DNA of 64,000 nt. Origin: Candidatus Thermofontivivens primus. Its GTDB lineage: Bacteria; Sysuimicrobiota; Sysuimicrobiia; Sysuimicrobiales; Thermofontiviventaceae. The position numbers and the translations under genes were made by a program. Each line of letters begins with the position of its first letter. Position 1 is the first letter of the stretch. A model generated the notes under the pieces. The model had not been told where the DNA came from, did no database searches, and was given only the letters and a program-made list of their open reading frames with translations. Shown one piece after another: positions 9,697-19,956 of this stretch. Where the stretch lies: positions 73,105 to 137,104 of the forward strand of contig JAVKJW010000003.1 of the NCBI GenBank assembly GCA_031458695.1, read 5' to 3'.

Positions 9697-10356
9697 ATGA
9701 TGTCGGACCACCAGGGAATGGAGGGCCAAGGGCTGCACGAGGGGAACACGCGAGAGAGGATCCTGCGGGCTGCGGCGTTCCTCTTTCGGAAAAAGGGGTT
9801 CAAGGGCACAAGCATGCGGGAGATCGCCGAGATTGTGGGGATCAACAAGAGCAGTCTCTATCATCATATCCGGGGGAAACAAGCCCTTCTCTTTGAGATC
9901 CTCCAACACACCGTGGACAAAGCAATCGGTAGGTTGGAGAAGATCGCCAGAAGCGACCTCCCTCCGTCAGAACGCCTCCGCTTGGCCGTGGAGAACCATG
10001 TGACCCACCTCATTGAGGACCTGGACAATGTCGCTTGCTTCATTGAGGAGGGGAAAGCGCTTAGTCCAGACCGGATGCGAGCGTATATCGTCAAGCGGGA
10101 CCGCTACGAAGGGTTCTTCCGGGAGATCATCGCGGAGGGGATCCGGGTGGGGGAGTTCCGCCCCGCAGATGTGAAGCTCATAGGGTTCGCTGTGCTAGGG
10201 ATGTGCAACTGGGTTGCTCGCTGGTACCGGCCTAACGGGGGATACACTGGGGAAGAGATCGCTCGACAATTCTCAGAGTTTGCCCTACGGGGGATCCTCC
10301 AGACCCTTCCCCGGGAGACGGCTCTGATGAAGAGTGGAAGCTCGGAAAGGAACTGA
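9697..10356 (+). CDS. TetR-family regulator (KstR2/PaaR-like, probably acyl-CoA sensing)
   Basis: HTH RERILRAAAFLFRKKGFKGTSMREIAEIVGINKSSLYHH; C-terminal GMCNWVARWYRP. Confidence 0.9.
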   Translation: MMSDHQGMEGQGLHEGNTRERILRAAAFLFRKKGFKGTSMREIAEIVGINKSSLYHHIRGKQALLFEILQHTVDKAIGRLEKIARSDLPPSERLRLAVENHVTHLIEDLDNVACFIEEGKALSPDRMRAYIVKRDRYEGFFREIIAEGIRVGEFRPADVKLIGFAVLGMCNWVARWYRPNGGYTGEEIARQFSEFALRGILQTLPRETALMKSGSSERN

Positions 10357-10440
10357 GGGGCAGAGGAGCAAGCACGTGATCGCGGTTACTTCTGACTCCT
10401 TAACACGTTATTTCGATCAAATCCAGAGGGGGGTGGATGA

Positions 10441-11661
10441 ATGCGTACGCGAGGCATCAAAGCTGCGATCCTGGCGGCGACGCTGCTTGTGACAGTCCCG
10501 CTGTGGGCGGGGCCAGCCCGAGTGGGTACTCCCTACAAGATCGGGTTCATCGCCTCGATCACCGGTCCTGGGGCGAGCTTGGGGAAACCGGAGCGTGATG
10601 TGGCGCGCTTGATGCAGGAGCGCCTCAACCGCGAGGGCGGAATCGTGGGCACCGACGGTGTACGCCACGAGGTGCAGATCCTCATCAACGACGACCAGAG
10701 CCGTGCCGATACCGCAGCCAGCTTGGCCCGGCGGCTCATCGAGCAGGAGCAGGTCCACGTGCTCGTGGCCGGCACCCTCAGTGGCCCGAGCCTCGCCATG
10801 GTGCCCATCGCCACCGAGCTGCGCACTCCGATGATCTCCATGGCCTCGGCGCGCGCCATTATCGAGGACCCCGAGACCAAGCGCATGCGGCCGTGGATCT
10901 TCAAGCCTGTGCCCGAGAATTTGCACTCTGCAGCCAAGCAGGCCGAGTACCTGAAGGCCATAGGCATCACCGGGGTCTGCCACCTTTATGAAAATACCGC
11001 CTACGGGAAGGACACCTTCGAGAGCGCAAAGGTGGAGTTCGGCAAGGTAGGGATCCGCATCTTGTATGGCGACTCCTTCGACCGGTTCGCCACTGAGTTT
11101 CCGCAGGTCACGCGGGTGCGGGCGAGCGGGTGCAAGGCGGTGGTAATTGGGTCTATCCCGCCTGCCGCTGCTGTCATCAACGTGGCCGTTGCCGGGAGGG
11201 TGGGCCTGCGGAAAATCGTGCACGGGCACGGTGCGTGCAGCCCTGATCTGATCCGCACAGCGGGGGCGGCCGCAGAGGGGACGGTGATGCCCTGCGGCAA
11301 GATCTTGGTCGCAGACCAGCTCCCCGCCACGGACCCTGTGCGTCGCGTCAACCTGGAGTTGATCCAAGAGTACACGCGCATCACGGGCGGGGATCCCATC
11401 AGCACCTTCGCGGGGCACGCCTATGATGCGCTTCAGTGGGCTCTTCTGGCCCTACGGGAAGTGCCCGACGGTCTCCCCCTGGCCAGGGTGCGCGAGGCTG
11501 TGCGGGAGGCGCTGGAGGGCAAGATCAAGAACTACGTGGGAACTCACGGGGTGATGACGCTGAGCCCTGAAGATCACCTTGGGTTCAACCCCAAGGACTT
11601 CGTCATCGTCACCGTCCGGGGAGGAAGGTTCGTCATCCTGCCGCGCGAGCAGTGGAAGTAG
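10441..11661 (+). CDS. LivJ-type ABC substrate-binding protein (aromatic acid/branched-chain family)
   Basis: Signal peptide; KIGFIASITGPGASLG, INDDQS, STFAGHAYDA, GVMTLSPEDHLG. Confidence 0.88.
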   Translation: MRTRGIKAAILAATLLVTVPLWAGPARVGTPYKIGFIASITGPGASLGKPERDVARLMQERLNREGGIVGTDGVRHEVQILINDDQSRADTAASLARRLIEQEQVHVLVAGTLSGPSLAMVPIATELRTPMISMASARAIIEDPETKRMRPWIFKPVPENLHSAAKQAEYLKAIGITGVCHLYENTAYGKDTFESAKVEFGKVGIRILYGDSFDRFATEFPQVTRVRASGCKAVVIGSIPPAAAVINVAVAGRVGLRKIVHGHGACSPDLIRTAGAAAEGTVMPCGKILVADQLPATDPVRRVNLELIQEYTRITGGDPISTFAGHAYDALQWALLALREVPDGLPLARVREAVREALEGKIKNYVGTHGVMTLSPEDHLGFNPKDFVIVTVRGGRFVILPREQWK

Positions 11662-11664
11662 GCC

Positions 11665-12726
11665 ATGTCCGAGCAGGGACTGCAGACGACAACAGGCGAC
11701 CGGGGGATCCTACTGAGGCCAACCCGGGCGTCCCTGCAGCGCTTTGGGCGACAGGCAGCTCTGGTGGCGGTGATAGTGCTTGTGGGATTGTTCCTCGTGG
11801 GCATGGGGCACCGGGTTGGCTATGGTGCGGCGGATTATCTCCAGCTCCTGGTGGATGGATTGCAGATTGGGGCGGTGTACGCCCTGGTCGCCCTGGGGTT
11901 CGTGGTGGTGTACCGGGTCACCGGTGTCATCAACTTCGCCCAGGGTGCCTTCGTCATGCTCGGGCCCATGCTCACCATCACCCTATTCGGGAGCCTTTCT
12001 GGGAGCCCTGTCTTTCGCTTGGTGGTTTCCGCGCTCGGGGCGGTGCTCTTTGTGGCGGCTGTGGGGATGGCCATCCACCGGCTGACCCTACACCCTGCGC
12101 GGAAGGCCTCCGCGCTCACCCGGATCATCATCACCGTGGGGGTTTACATCTCCGTCCAAGGGATTGCGCTCATCGCTTGGGGACCGAGGCCCTACGTCCT
12201 TCCTGCCTTCACCACCCTCCAGATGGTCGACCGTCTGGTGGAGGTGGGCAGCATTATCATCCAGGCCCAGACCTTCTGGATCTGGGGGGTTGCCGTGGCG
12301 ATGCTGGTCCTTCTGGCGCTGTTTTTTGAGCGTACTGTGGTGGGCAAGGCCATGCGGGCCTGCGCCGTCAACCGCATAGCAGCGCAGCTTATGGGGATCC
12401 GGGTTGATCGGATGGCAACGCTAGCCTTCGGATTGGCAGCCGTGCTAGGGGCAGTGGCCGGGATCGTCCTGAGCCCGGCCACCCGCCCCACTTATGACAT
12501 GGGACTGGAACTGGGCTTGAAGGGATTTGTGGCGGCCATCATGGGAGGGCTCGTGAGCTTTCCCGGCGCCGTCGTGGGCGGCATTGCCCTGGGTATTTTG
12601 GAGAGCCTGTGGGGAGGCGTCACCCTCGCGGGGTTCAAGGACCTGTTTGCCTTCCTCATGCTCATCCTCTCGTTGCTCTTCTGGCCCCAGGGCATCCTGG
12701 CGGGAAAGGGGGAGGGGGGTTCCTGA
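11665..12726 (+). CDS. LivH-type ABC permease
   Basis: GAVYALVALG, VINFAQG, GKAMRACA, GLKGFVAAIMGG. Confidence 0.92.
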   Translation: MSEQGLQTTTGDRGILLRPTRASLQRFGRQAALVAVIVLVGLFLVGMGHRVGYGAADYLQLLVDGLQIGAVYALVALGFVVVYRVTGVINFAQGAFVMLGPMLTITLFGSLSGSPVFRLVVSALGAVLFVAAVGMAIHRLTLHPARKASALTRIIITVGVYISVQGIALIAWGPRPYVLPAFTTLQMVDRLVEVGSIIIQAQTFWIWGVAVAMLVLLALFFERTVVGKAMRACAVNRIAAQLMGIRVDRMATLAFGLAAVLGAVAGIVLSPATRPTYDMGLELGLKGFVAAIMGGLVSFPGAVVGGIALGILESLWGGVTLAGFKDLFAFLMLILSLLFWPQGILAGKGEGGS

Positions 12727-13787
12727 TGCGAAAGGGGTCCCCAGATACTTGGGCGTTCGCCGGTGCGGTGGGTGTGGTGCTCCTCCTGGGATGGCTAGAG
12801 CTCAGAAGGCCAGGAGGGGTGTCGATCGCGCGCATCAGCGGCGGGCTCCTCACCATTGACCTATTGATCCGTGCAGGCATCTTCACCATCATCCTCGTCG
12901 GCCTCAACCTCTTGATGGGCTATGCTGGCCAGGTCTCCTTGGGCCAGGCGGCCTTTTACGGGATGGGCGCCTACTTCTCCGCCATCCTCACCGTCAAGGC
13001 GGCGGTGCTGGGGATCTCTCCTGCTGTAGCCAGGGCGTGGTGGTGGCCCTGGTTTGTGATGGGGGGTGCAGCCGTCCTGGTAGGAGTGTTTAGCTTCCTC
13101 ATCGGGTGGGTGATCCTGCGGTTGCGGGGCCACTACTTGGCCATGGCTACGTTGGGCCTCGGCATCATGGTGTACATCGTCTTGCGGGAGAATTTGGGGA
13201 TCCCCCAGCTCAACCTCACAGGAGGTTTTGACGGCATTGTGGATATCCCCCGACTCCACCTTGGGGCATTTGCCCTATGGCCAGAGTCTCGGTACTACTT
13301 CCTGGTGTGGGCGGTAGCGCTTGCCACGATTGTCTTGGGATTGAACGTCGTCCACTCCCCGGTGGGGCGGGCACTGCGGGCCATTCACGGGAGCGAGGCA
13401 GCCGCGGAGAGTGTAGGGATCGTGGTTCCCCTGCTCAAGGCGCAGATTTTTGCGTTGAGCGCATCCCTGGCCTCGCTGGCCGGGAGCCTCTATGCCCACT
13501 TCCAGGCGGCGGTGGTGCCTGACACCTTTGGGTTTGTCCCCTCCCTCGAGCTCGTAGTCATGTCCGCCATTGGCGGCATGGCCAGCATTTGGGGGGCTCC
13601 CTTAGGCGTGCTGGCCGTGCTGCTCATCCAGGAGCTGTTGCGCACCCACGTCCTGGGGCTTATTCCTGCGGTGACAGCCGAGATGGAGCCGGTGATCTTC
13701 GGGGCGCTCCTTGTGCTCATCATGATGTTCTGGCCTGGCGGGCTCGTCAGTAGCCGCCGGAGGCGCCCAGTGTGGGGGGAGCGGTGA
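12726..13787 (+). CDS. LivM-type ABC permease
   Basis: GLNLLMGYAGQVSLGQAAF, LRLRGHYLAMATL, SPVGRALRAI; TGATG coupling. Confidence 0.92.
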   Translation: MRKGSPDTWAFAGAVGVVLLLGWLELRRPGGVSIARISGGLLTIDLLIRAGIFTIILVGLNLLMGYAGQVSLGQAAFYGMGAYFSAILTVKAAVLGISPAVARAWWWPWFVMGGAAVLVGVFSFLIGWVILRLRGHYLAMATLGLGIMVYIVLRENLGIPQLNLTGGFDGIVDIPRLHLGAFALWPESRYYFLVWAVALATIVLGLNVVHSPVGRALRAIHGSEAAAESVGIVVPLLKAQIFALSASLASLAGSLYAHFQAAVVPDTFGFVPSLELVVMSAIGGMASIWGAPLGVLAVLLIQELLRTHVLGLIPAVTAEMEPVIFGALLVLIMMFWPGGLVSSRRRRPVWGER

Positions 13788-14560
13788 TGGACGCACTCCT
13801 CGAGGTGCGTGAGGTCAGCAAGTCCTTCGACGGGCTCGTTGCCCTGGCGGAGGTGACGCTTTGTATCCACCCAGGGCAGATCAAAGGGCTCATCGGGCCC
13901 AACGGGGCTGGGAAGACCACGCTCTTTAACCTCATTGCGGGAACCTTAGTGCCTACTGCAGGAGATATCCGCTTCCGGGGCCAGTCCATCGTTGGCCTTC
14001 CACCATACCGCATCGCGCACCTGGGCATCTCCCGCACCTTCCAGAACGTGCAGATTTTCCCTGGGATGACCGTCCTCGAGCACGTGCTTGTGGGGCTACA
14101 CCGCTATACCCTAAGCGGGGTGCTCGCCGCTGCCGCGCGCACGAGGAGGATCAAGGGGACCGAGGCCGCGCTGCGCGAGAGGGCTTGCGCTCTCCTGGAC
14201 AAGCTGGGTCTCGCGGCGTGGGCGGATACACCTGTGGACAGCTTGCCCTTTGGACTCCAACGGATGGTGGAGCTGGCGCGGGCGCTGGCTACCTCCCCAC
14301 AGCTTTTGCTCCTCGACGAACCTGGAGCTGGGCTGAACCCCACCGAGAAGGCTGCCGTCAGCCAGTTGATCCGCAAGATACGGGACGAAGGGGTGACCGT
14401 CTTCCTGGTCGAGCACGACATGCAGATGATGATGGGGCTTGCTGATGAAGTGGCTGTGCTGGATCACGGGATGCTGCTGGCGGAGGGGCCGCCAGTAGAG
14501 GTCCAGCGCGACCCGCAGGTGATCGCCGCGTACCTGGGGGAGGCTGACGATGTTGCTTGA
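13787..14560 (+). CDS. LivG-type ABC ATPase
   Basis: [32 protein letters not shown]. Confidence 0.94.
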   Translation: MDALLEVREVSKSFDGLVALAEVTLCIHPGQIKGLIGPNGAGKTTLFNLIAGTLVPTAGDIRFRGQSIVGLPPYRIAHLGISRTFQNVQIFPGMTVLEHVLVGLHRYTLSGVLAAAARTRRIKGTEAALRERACALLDKLGLAAWADTPVDSLPFGLQRMVELARALATSPQLLLLDEPGAGLNPTEKAAVSQLIRKIRDEGVTVFLVEHDMQMMMGLADEVAVLDHGMLLAEGPPVEVQRDPQVIAAYLGEADDVA

Positions 14561-15302
14561 GGTGCAAGAACTCCAGGCTGGGTACGGGCGCTTGCAGGTC
14601 CTCCACGGGGTGACGCTTTCGGTTCCTCCGGGGAGCGTCGCCGCCGTGATCGGGGCCAATGGCGCAGGGAAGACCACGTTGCTGCGCGCCATCTCCGGGC
14701 TCCTTTGTCCTACATCCGGCCGGGTGGCCTTCGACGGGCAGGTCATCACAGGTTGGCCTCCCGAGCGCATTGTGGAGTGCGGCATCGTCCATGTACCCGA
14801 GCGTCGGCAGCTGTTTGGCTCCATGCGAGTGGAGGACAATCTTTTGCTAGGAGCCTATCTGCGCTTGCGCAGGGAGCCATGGAGGGCTATCCAGGCGGAT
14901 CTGGAGCGCGTGTACGATCTCTTTCCCAGGCTGCGCGAGCGGCGGCGGCAGGTGGCCGCGACGCTGTCTGGAGGCGAGCAACAGATGGTGGCCATTGGGC
15001 GTGCGTTGATGGCGCGCCCGAGGCTCTTGCTCCTGGACGAGCCCTCGCTCGGGCTGGCTCCGCTCCTGGTGCGGGAGTTCTTCCGGGTAGTCGAGGAGCT
15101 GCGGGCCCAAGGGTATACCATCCTGCTGGTGGAGCAGAACGCCCGGCAGGCCCTGCGCGTCGCCGACGTGGCTTACGTCATGGAGACTGGCCGCATTACC
15201 ACACAGGGCCTTGGCCGCGAGCTCCTGAACGTTCCGGAAGTCCAGGCGGCGTACCTCGGAATGGACGCGGGCCAAGCGAGGGAGTTGACTGTGATGAAGT
15301 GA
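14550..15302 (+). CDS. LivF-type ABC ATPase
   Basis: [36 protein letters not shown]. Confidence 0.94.
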   Translation: MLLEVQELQAGYGRLQVLHGVTLSVPPGSVAAVIGANGAGKTTLLRAISGLLCPTSGRVAFDGQVITGWPPERIVECGIVHVPERRQLFGSMRVEDNLLLGAYLRLRREPWRAIQADLERVYDLFPRLRERRRQVAATLSGGEQQMVAIGRALMARPRLLLLDEPSLGLAPLLVREFFRVVEELRAQGYTILLVEQNARQALRVADVAYVMETGRITTQGLGRELLNVPEVQAAYLGMDAGQARELTVMK

Positions 15303-15334
15303 CAAAGTGACAGGGTGAGAAGGTAACACGTGAC
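15291..15334. repeat. Degenerate 8-bp tandem repeat (GTGACAnn) across a gene junction
   Basis: gtgatgaa-gtgacaaa-gtgacagg-gtgagaag-gtaacac-gtgac. Confidence 0.7.
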
Positions 15335-15359
15335 TACGCAGGATGGGAAGGGGTCCCTG

Positions 15360-16592
15360 ATGGGGAAGGTGCTGGAGGGCATCCGGGTGTTGGACCTTAC
15401 CCAAGGAGCGGCTGGCCCTGTGTGCACACAGCTTCTGGGAGACTTCGGCGCCGATGTGATCAAGATCGAGCCCCCGGAAGGGGATTGGGGAAGAGGTCTC
15501 GGGCCGCCGTTTATTCGTCTCAGGGGAGGGACAGGCAAAGCCGTTGCTGCTGCATATGTGGGGATGAACCGCAACAAGCGCAGCATCGTGGTAGACCTGA
15601 AACGACCAGGAGGGAGGGAGGTGATCCACCGCCTGGTTCATGGCGCGGACGTGTTCGTGGAGAGCTTCCGCCCGGGAGTGGCCGCCCGCCTGGGGATCGA
15701 CGATCGCACGTTACTGGATATTAACCCTAGGCTGGTCTACTGCGCGATCTCCGCGTTCGGCCAGAAGGGACCGTGGCGGGACAAACCTGGTGTGGATGGG
15801 GTCGTCCAGGCGATGAGCGGGCTGATGAGCGTGACAGGGACTGAGGAGGGGCCGCCTGTCAAGGTAGGAGTTCCTGCTGCGGACATGGTGGGAGGGTTCC
15901 TGGCTGCGATAGGGATCCTCCTCGCGCTCCTGGCAAGGGAGCGAACCCAAAAGGGGCAGAAGGTCGACCTCGCCCTTCTCAATGCCCTCCTCGCATTTCA
16001 GACCGTTCCGCTCGCGATGTACCTCGCATCCGGGGAACCTCCGAAGCGCATGGGAAGCGCCGCGCCCTATGCAGCCCCGAACGAGGCTTTCCCCACGAAG
16101 GACGGGTATATTATGGTGGCGGCTTATTCTCCGGAGCGGTGGCGGAAGTTGTGCGAGGTGCTGGGATGTCCCGACCTCGCCAACGACCCACGGTTCCAGG
16201 ACAACGAGGGGCGGGTGCGGAACCGTGGGGCGCTCCAGGAGACGCTTGCGCCCATTTTCCGCCAACGGACGACGAACGAGTGGGTGCGCATCCTGGAGGA
16301 CGCGGATATTCTCTGCGGTCCCATCCTGGACTATCCGCAACTGGTCTCCCAGCTTCAGGTCAGGACAAACGAGATGATCGTGGAGTTGTTCCATCCTGAG
16401 ATGGGGACGGCCGCCAGCGTGGGGATCCCCATCAAGCTTACAGAGACCCCAGGTACGATCCGGCGACCTCCTCCTCTGCCGGGGGAGCACACTTTGGAGA
16501 TTCTCCGGGAGGCAGGGTTCAGCGACGTGGAGATCGAGGAGCTTGCTCGGAACGGGGTGATCCACATCTGGAGAACAAACGTGGAGGTGTGA
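15360..16592 (+). CDS. Class III (CaiB/BaiF/BbsF-like) CoA-transferase
   Basis: LEGIRVLDLT, AGP...LGDFGADVIKIEPP.GD, NRNKRS, ADVFVESFRPG, catalytic Asp in PAADMVGG; alternative GTG start at 15330. Confidence 0.93.
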   Translation: MGKVLEGIRVLDLTQGAAGPVCTQLLGDFGADVIKIEPPEGDWGRGLGPPFIRLRGGTGKAVAAAYVGMNRNKRSIVVDLKRPGGREVIHRLVHGADVFVESFRPGVAARLGIDDRTLLDINPRLVYCAISAFGQKGPWRDKPGVDGVVQAMSGLMSVTGTEEGPPVKVGVPAADMVGGFLAAIGILLALLARERTQKGQKVDLALLNALLAFQTVPLAMYLASGEPPKRMGSAAPYAAPNEAFPTKDGYIMVAAYSPERWRKLCEVLGCPDLANDPRFQDNEGRVRNRGALQETLAPIFRQRTTNEWVRILEDADILCGPILDYPQLVSQLQVRTNEMIVELFHPEMGTAASVGIPIKLTETPGTIRRPPPLPGEHTLEILREAGFSDVEIEELARNGVIHIWRTNVEV

Positions 16593-16595
16593 ACC

Positions 16596-17381
16596 ATGGG
16601 AGAACCAGTCCTCTATTCCCAGGAGGAGGCGGTGGGAGTCATCACCCTCAACCGTCCCGAGGCACTCAACGCCCTGACGGTGGAGATGCTTGACCTTCTC
16701 GACACGTACCTCGACAAGGTGGAGGGAGATGGGACGGTGCGATCCGTAATTCTTACGGGGGCGGGCGAGAAAGCCTTCTGCGTTGGTGCTGATCTCAAGG
16801 CACGTATGCAGGAGTATGAGGAGGCTGTTGCCGAGGATCCCATGGCCATTCGTGTCCGTCGCATCTTCCGCCGTATCGAGACCATCGGAAAGCCATTCAT
16901 TGCCGCTATCCATGGCTATGCGTTAGGAGGCGGGCTAGAGCTTGCCCTAGCCTGTGATTTGCGGGTTGCCTCGGAGGCAGCGAAGTTTGGGTTCCCCGAA
17001 GCAAACGTGGGGAGCATGCCCGGGGCAGGGGGGACGCAAAGACTGGCACGGCTCGTTGGCCCTGCCAAGGCCAAGGAACTCATGTTCACGGGGGAGCGCA
17101 TTGACGCCCAGGAGGCCTATCGCATTGGGCTCGTGAATAGAGTCGCTCCCGTGGATCGCTACCTGGAGGAGGCGAAGTCCCTAGCCCAGACTATGGCGCA
17201 CAAAGCGCCCTTGTCGATCCGCTACATCAAGATGGCTGTGAACCTAAGCCAGGACGTGGACCTGGAGACGGGGCTAGCATTTGAGCAGAACTGTCACGCT
17301 ATCCTCCGGCACAGTGAGGATCGCAAGGAAGGGATCAAGGCGTTCCTGGAAAAGCGGGAGCCGCACTTTATAGGGAGATAA
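16596..17381 (+). CDS. Enoyl-CoA hydratase (crotonase family)
   Basis: [51 protein letters not shown] (both catalytic Glu present). Confidence 0.94.
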   Translation: MGEPVLYSQEEAVGVITLNRPEALNALTVEMLDLLDTYLDKVEGDGTVRSVILTGAGEKAFCVGADLKARMQEYEEAVAEDPMAIRVRRIFRRIETIGKPFIAAIHGYALGGGLELALACDLRVASEAAKFGFPEANVGSMPGAGGTQRLARLVGPAKAKELMFTGERIDAQEAYRIGLVNRVAPVDRYLEEAKSLAQTMAHKAPLSIRYIKMAVNLSQDVDLETGLAFEQNCHAILRHSEDRKEGIKAFLEKREPHFIGR

Positions 17382-17389
17382 CCAGACCA

Positions 17390-17486
17390 CGTTTATCGCG
17401 TTTGTTGCGTTTATCGCGTTTATTGCGTATGTGGCGCCGATACCTCATAGATGATTCTATGATGATTTGACGCAATAAGCCGCAAT
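17390..17486. repeat. 9-bp tandem repeat (5 copies) with a downstream inverted copy
   Basis: cgtttatcg-cgtttgttg-cgtttatcg-cgtttattg-cgtatgtgg (17390-17434); ttattgcgt 17420-17428 is complementary to acgcaataa 17470-17478. Confidence 0.8.
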
Positions 17487-17520
17487 GGGCGGCAATCTAG
17501 TACAGCGGGAGGGATTTATC

Positions 17521-18267
17521 GTGGGAGTGAAAGGACGTGTGGCAGTAGTCACTGGAGCAGGTCAGGGAATTGGCGAGGGTATTGCCAGGCGATTGGCGGC
17601 TGAGGGCGCCAAGGTCGTGGTTAACGACATCGTTGCCGAGAAGGCGGAATCTGTGGCTGCAGGGATCCAAGCAGAGAACAGTGAGGCCATGGCTGTTGTG
17701 GCCGATGTGAGCTGGAAAGCAGGTGCCGAAGAGCTGATTCGGCGGACAATCGAGAGATTCGGCCGGGTGGACATCCTGGTGAACAACGTGGGGATCGCCC
17801 GGGATCGCTGGATGGTAAAAATGTCGGAGGAGGACTGGGATGATGTCCTGCGGGTGAATCTCAAGTCCCATTTCCTCTGCTGCCAAGCGGCCGTCCCCCA
17901 CATGATGGAGCAGAAGTATGGGCGGATTGTGAACATCTCCTCAAGGGCGTGGCTGGGGAACCCTGGGCAGGTGAACTATGCTGCGAGCAAAGGCGGCGTG
18001 GTGAGCCTCACCCGAACCCTGGCCTTGGAGCTGGCCAAGTTTGGGATCACGGTGAACTGCATTGCACCGGCGCTCATCGACACGCCGCTCTTTCGGAGCC
18101 TAAAGGAAGAGATCCAGGAGAAGCTTTTGCAGACTGTGCCCGTGGGGCGGATCGGGACGCCAGCCGATGTTGCACATGCAGTGCTGTTCTTCGCCTCCGA
18201 CGAGGCCAGCTACATCACGGGCCAGATCCTATACGTGTGCGGCGGCCGGAGCTTAGGTAGCTACTAA
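17521..18267 (+). CDS. Short-chain dehydrogenase/reductase (FabG/BbsCD-like)
   Basis: VTGAGQGIG, VDILVNNVGI, NISS, YAASK, VNCIAP; RBS GGGAGGGA before GTG 17521. Confidence 0.92.
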   Translation: MGVKGRVAVVTGAGQGIGEGIARRLAAEGAKVVVNDIVAEKAESVAAGIQAENSEAMAVVADVSWKAGAEELIRRTIERFGRVDILVNNVGIARDRWMVKMSEEDWDDVLRVNLKSHFLCCQAAVPHMMEQKYGRIVNISSRAWLGNPGQVNYAASKGGVVSLTRTLALELAKFGITVNCIAPALIDTPLFRSLKEEIQEKLLQTVPVGRIGTPADVAHAVLFFASDEASYITGQILYVCGGRSLGSY

Positions 18268-18382
18268 AGTAAAGGAGCGAGGTGTCAGGAGTAAGCTCCT
18301 GCGGTGAATGTCAAGGAAAATTTTTGAAGCTGTAGCCTTAGAGCGAGTGAAATACTTTTCGCCTCGAAAGGAGGCTAGAAGT

Positions 18383-19405
18383 ATGAGGAGGACACGGGCA
18401 GTGCTGTTCGGGAGCATCCTCTTACTGGCGCTTCTCGCGGTCCCAGCAGGCATTGCCGCTCCAAAGAAGGAGGTGAAGATCGCCATCGGCCCGCCCGCTG
18501 TGGTGGGATACCTCCCCGTGTACGTCGCCCAGGGCTTGAGGTACTTCCAGGAGCTCGCAAGGAGAACAGGAATTCAAGTACGGTTCCTAGACTTCCGCGG
18601 GGGAACAGAAGCGGCTACGGCTCTGATTACTGGTGATGTGGACTTCGCCACCGTGACCTTAACACACGTGGTAAAGGCCCAGGAGAAAGGGAAGGATCTT
18701 AAGTTCCTCCTCACTTTCTTCAACGCCCAGGCGATGGCGATGATCGTGCAGCCTGACGTGCGCGTCGAGACACCTACCCAGCTCCAGGGAATGCGCATTG
18801 GAGTGACAAGCCTGGGTTCTGCCACTCATATGCAGGCGCGGCACATCCTGCGCTATTTCAAGGCGAATCCCGACGCGGCGCAGTACATCGCAGTAGGCGG
18901 GCCATCCACTGCCTTGGCTGCCTGGAAGCGGCGGGCAGTGGATGCCATGGTATACCTAGACCCTCTCGTTACGACCTTAGTTTCGGAAGGATCGGCGCGC
19001 CTCTTCTATGACGTGCGCACGGTGGAAGGAACCGTCCGCTTGTATGGGGCCCCCTACATTAGCAGCGGGCTCCTGACCAGGGCGGACGTGATCGTTCGTG
19101 AGCCGCGTCTGGTACAGGAAATCGTGAATGTTTTCGTCCGTACCCTCCGGTGGTTGCGGGCACAACGCCTGCGGCCGGAGGTCATCGCTGGCGTTCTTCC
19201 CAAGGAGCTTGGGTGGACGCCGGAGGTGATCCGGGCGAATTTGAGCGGGCTCTCCGCCGACGGCAGGGTGCTTCCGGAGGCTGTGGAAACGGTGGTCCGA
19301 TCCCTGGTGGACGATGGACTTCTCAGCCGGGACTTCAAACCGAGCTTCGAGCGGCTTGTCGACCAGAGGTTCGTGCAACAGGCCATCCTCAGCGTTCAAC
19401 AGTAA
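18383..19405 (+). CDS. NitT/TauT-family ABC substrate-binding protein
   Basis: Signal peptide; YLPVYVAQGLRYF, GGTEAATALITGDVDF, IGVTSLGSAT; RBS AAAGGAGG. Confidence 0.87.
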   Translation: MRRTRAVLFGSILLLALLAVPAGIAAPKKEVKIAIGPPAVVGYLPVYVAQGLRYFQELARRTGIQVRFLDFRGGTEAATALITGDVDFATVTLTHVVKAQEKGKDLKFLLTFFNAQAMAMIVQPDVRVETPTQLQGMRIGVTSLGSATHMQARHILRYFKANPDAAQYIAVGGPSTALAAWKRRAVDAMVYLDPLVTTLVSEGSARLFYDVRTVEGTVRLYGAPYISSGLLTRADVIVREPRLVQEIVNVFVRTLRWLRAQRLRPEVIAGVLPKELGWTPEVIRANLSGLSADGRVLPEAVETVVRSLVDDGLLSRDFKPSFERLVDQRFVQQAILSVQQ

Positions 19406-19423
19406 AGACAGGGGGAGAAAGAG

Positions 19424-19861
19424 ATGTCGGACGCAAACGTTGCCTCTCAGGCATATGTGCCTTTCCGCCAGGGGCTCTTCCGGTTTGAGGAGGGCGTGGG
19501 AGAGCTTCTTGGGGGTCGATGTCGTCATTGTGGGACCTGGTACTTCCCAAGCCGGCGAGTGTGCGCGAAATGCCTTTCCCAGAAGATCGAGGTCCTGCCT
19601 CTGAGCAAGCAAGGCACAGTGTATACCTACACCACTATCTATCAATCCACGCCGGAGTTCCAGGTTCCCTACATCCTGGTTTATGTGGACCTTCCAGAGG
19701 GAGTGCGGGTGCTGGCCCAGCTCACCCAGTGCTCCCCCGAAGCGGTACGCATTGGCATGCCCGTGGAGGTTGTGTTTGAAGAGGTAGGACGAGACCAGGA
19801 GGGCCGTGCGATCATCGGGTACCGGTTTCGTCCAGTGGGCCCATGGGTCCGTGAGTCGTGA
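19424..19861 (+). CDS. DUF35 Zn-ribbon/OB-fold protein (BbsA-like thiolase partner)
   Basis: CRHCG..YFP.R.VCAKC, GTVYTYT, PYILVYVDL.EGVRV, IGMPVEVVF. Confidence 0.92.
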   Translation: MSDANVASQAYVPFRQGLFRFEEGVGELLGGRCRHCGTWYFPSRRVCAKCLSQKIEVLPLSKQGTVYTYTTIYQSTPEFQVPYILVYVDLPEGVRVLAQLTQCSPEAVRIGMPVEVVFEEVGRDQEGRAIIGYRFRPVGPWVRES

Positions 19862-19877
19862 ATCGTGAGTCGTGGTT
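19850..19877. repeat. 7-bp tandem repeat (CGTGAGT) over a stop codon
   Basis: cgtgagt-cgtgaat-cgtgagt-cgtggtt. Confidence 0.75.
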
Positions 19878-19956
19878 TCTATAATGAGCTAAAAACCAAG
19901 ATAAACGTGACAAACAAAAGGACAAGGCCGGGTAACGTAGATCGGGAGGCGATCCT

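Noticed and set aside
10401..10410. TAACACGTTA as TetR operator
   Set aside because: Only 4-bp arms and no second copy found.
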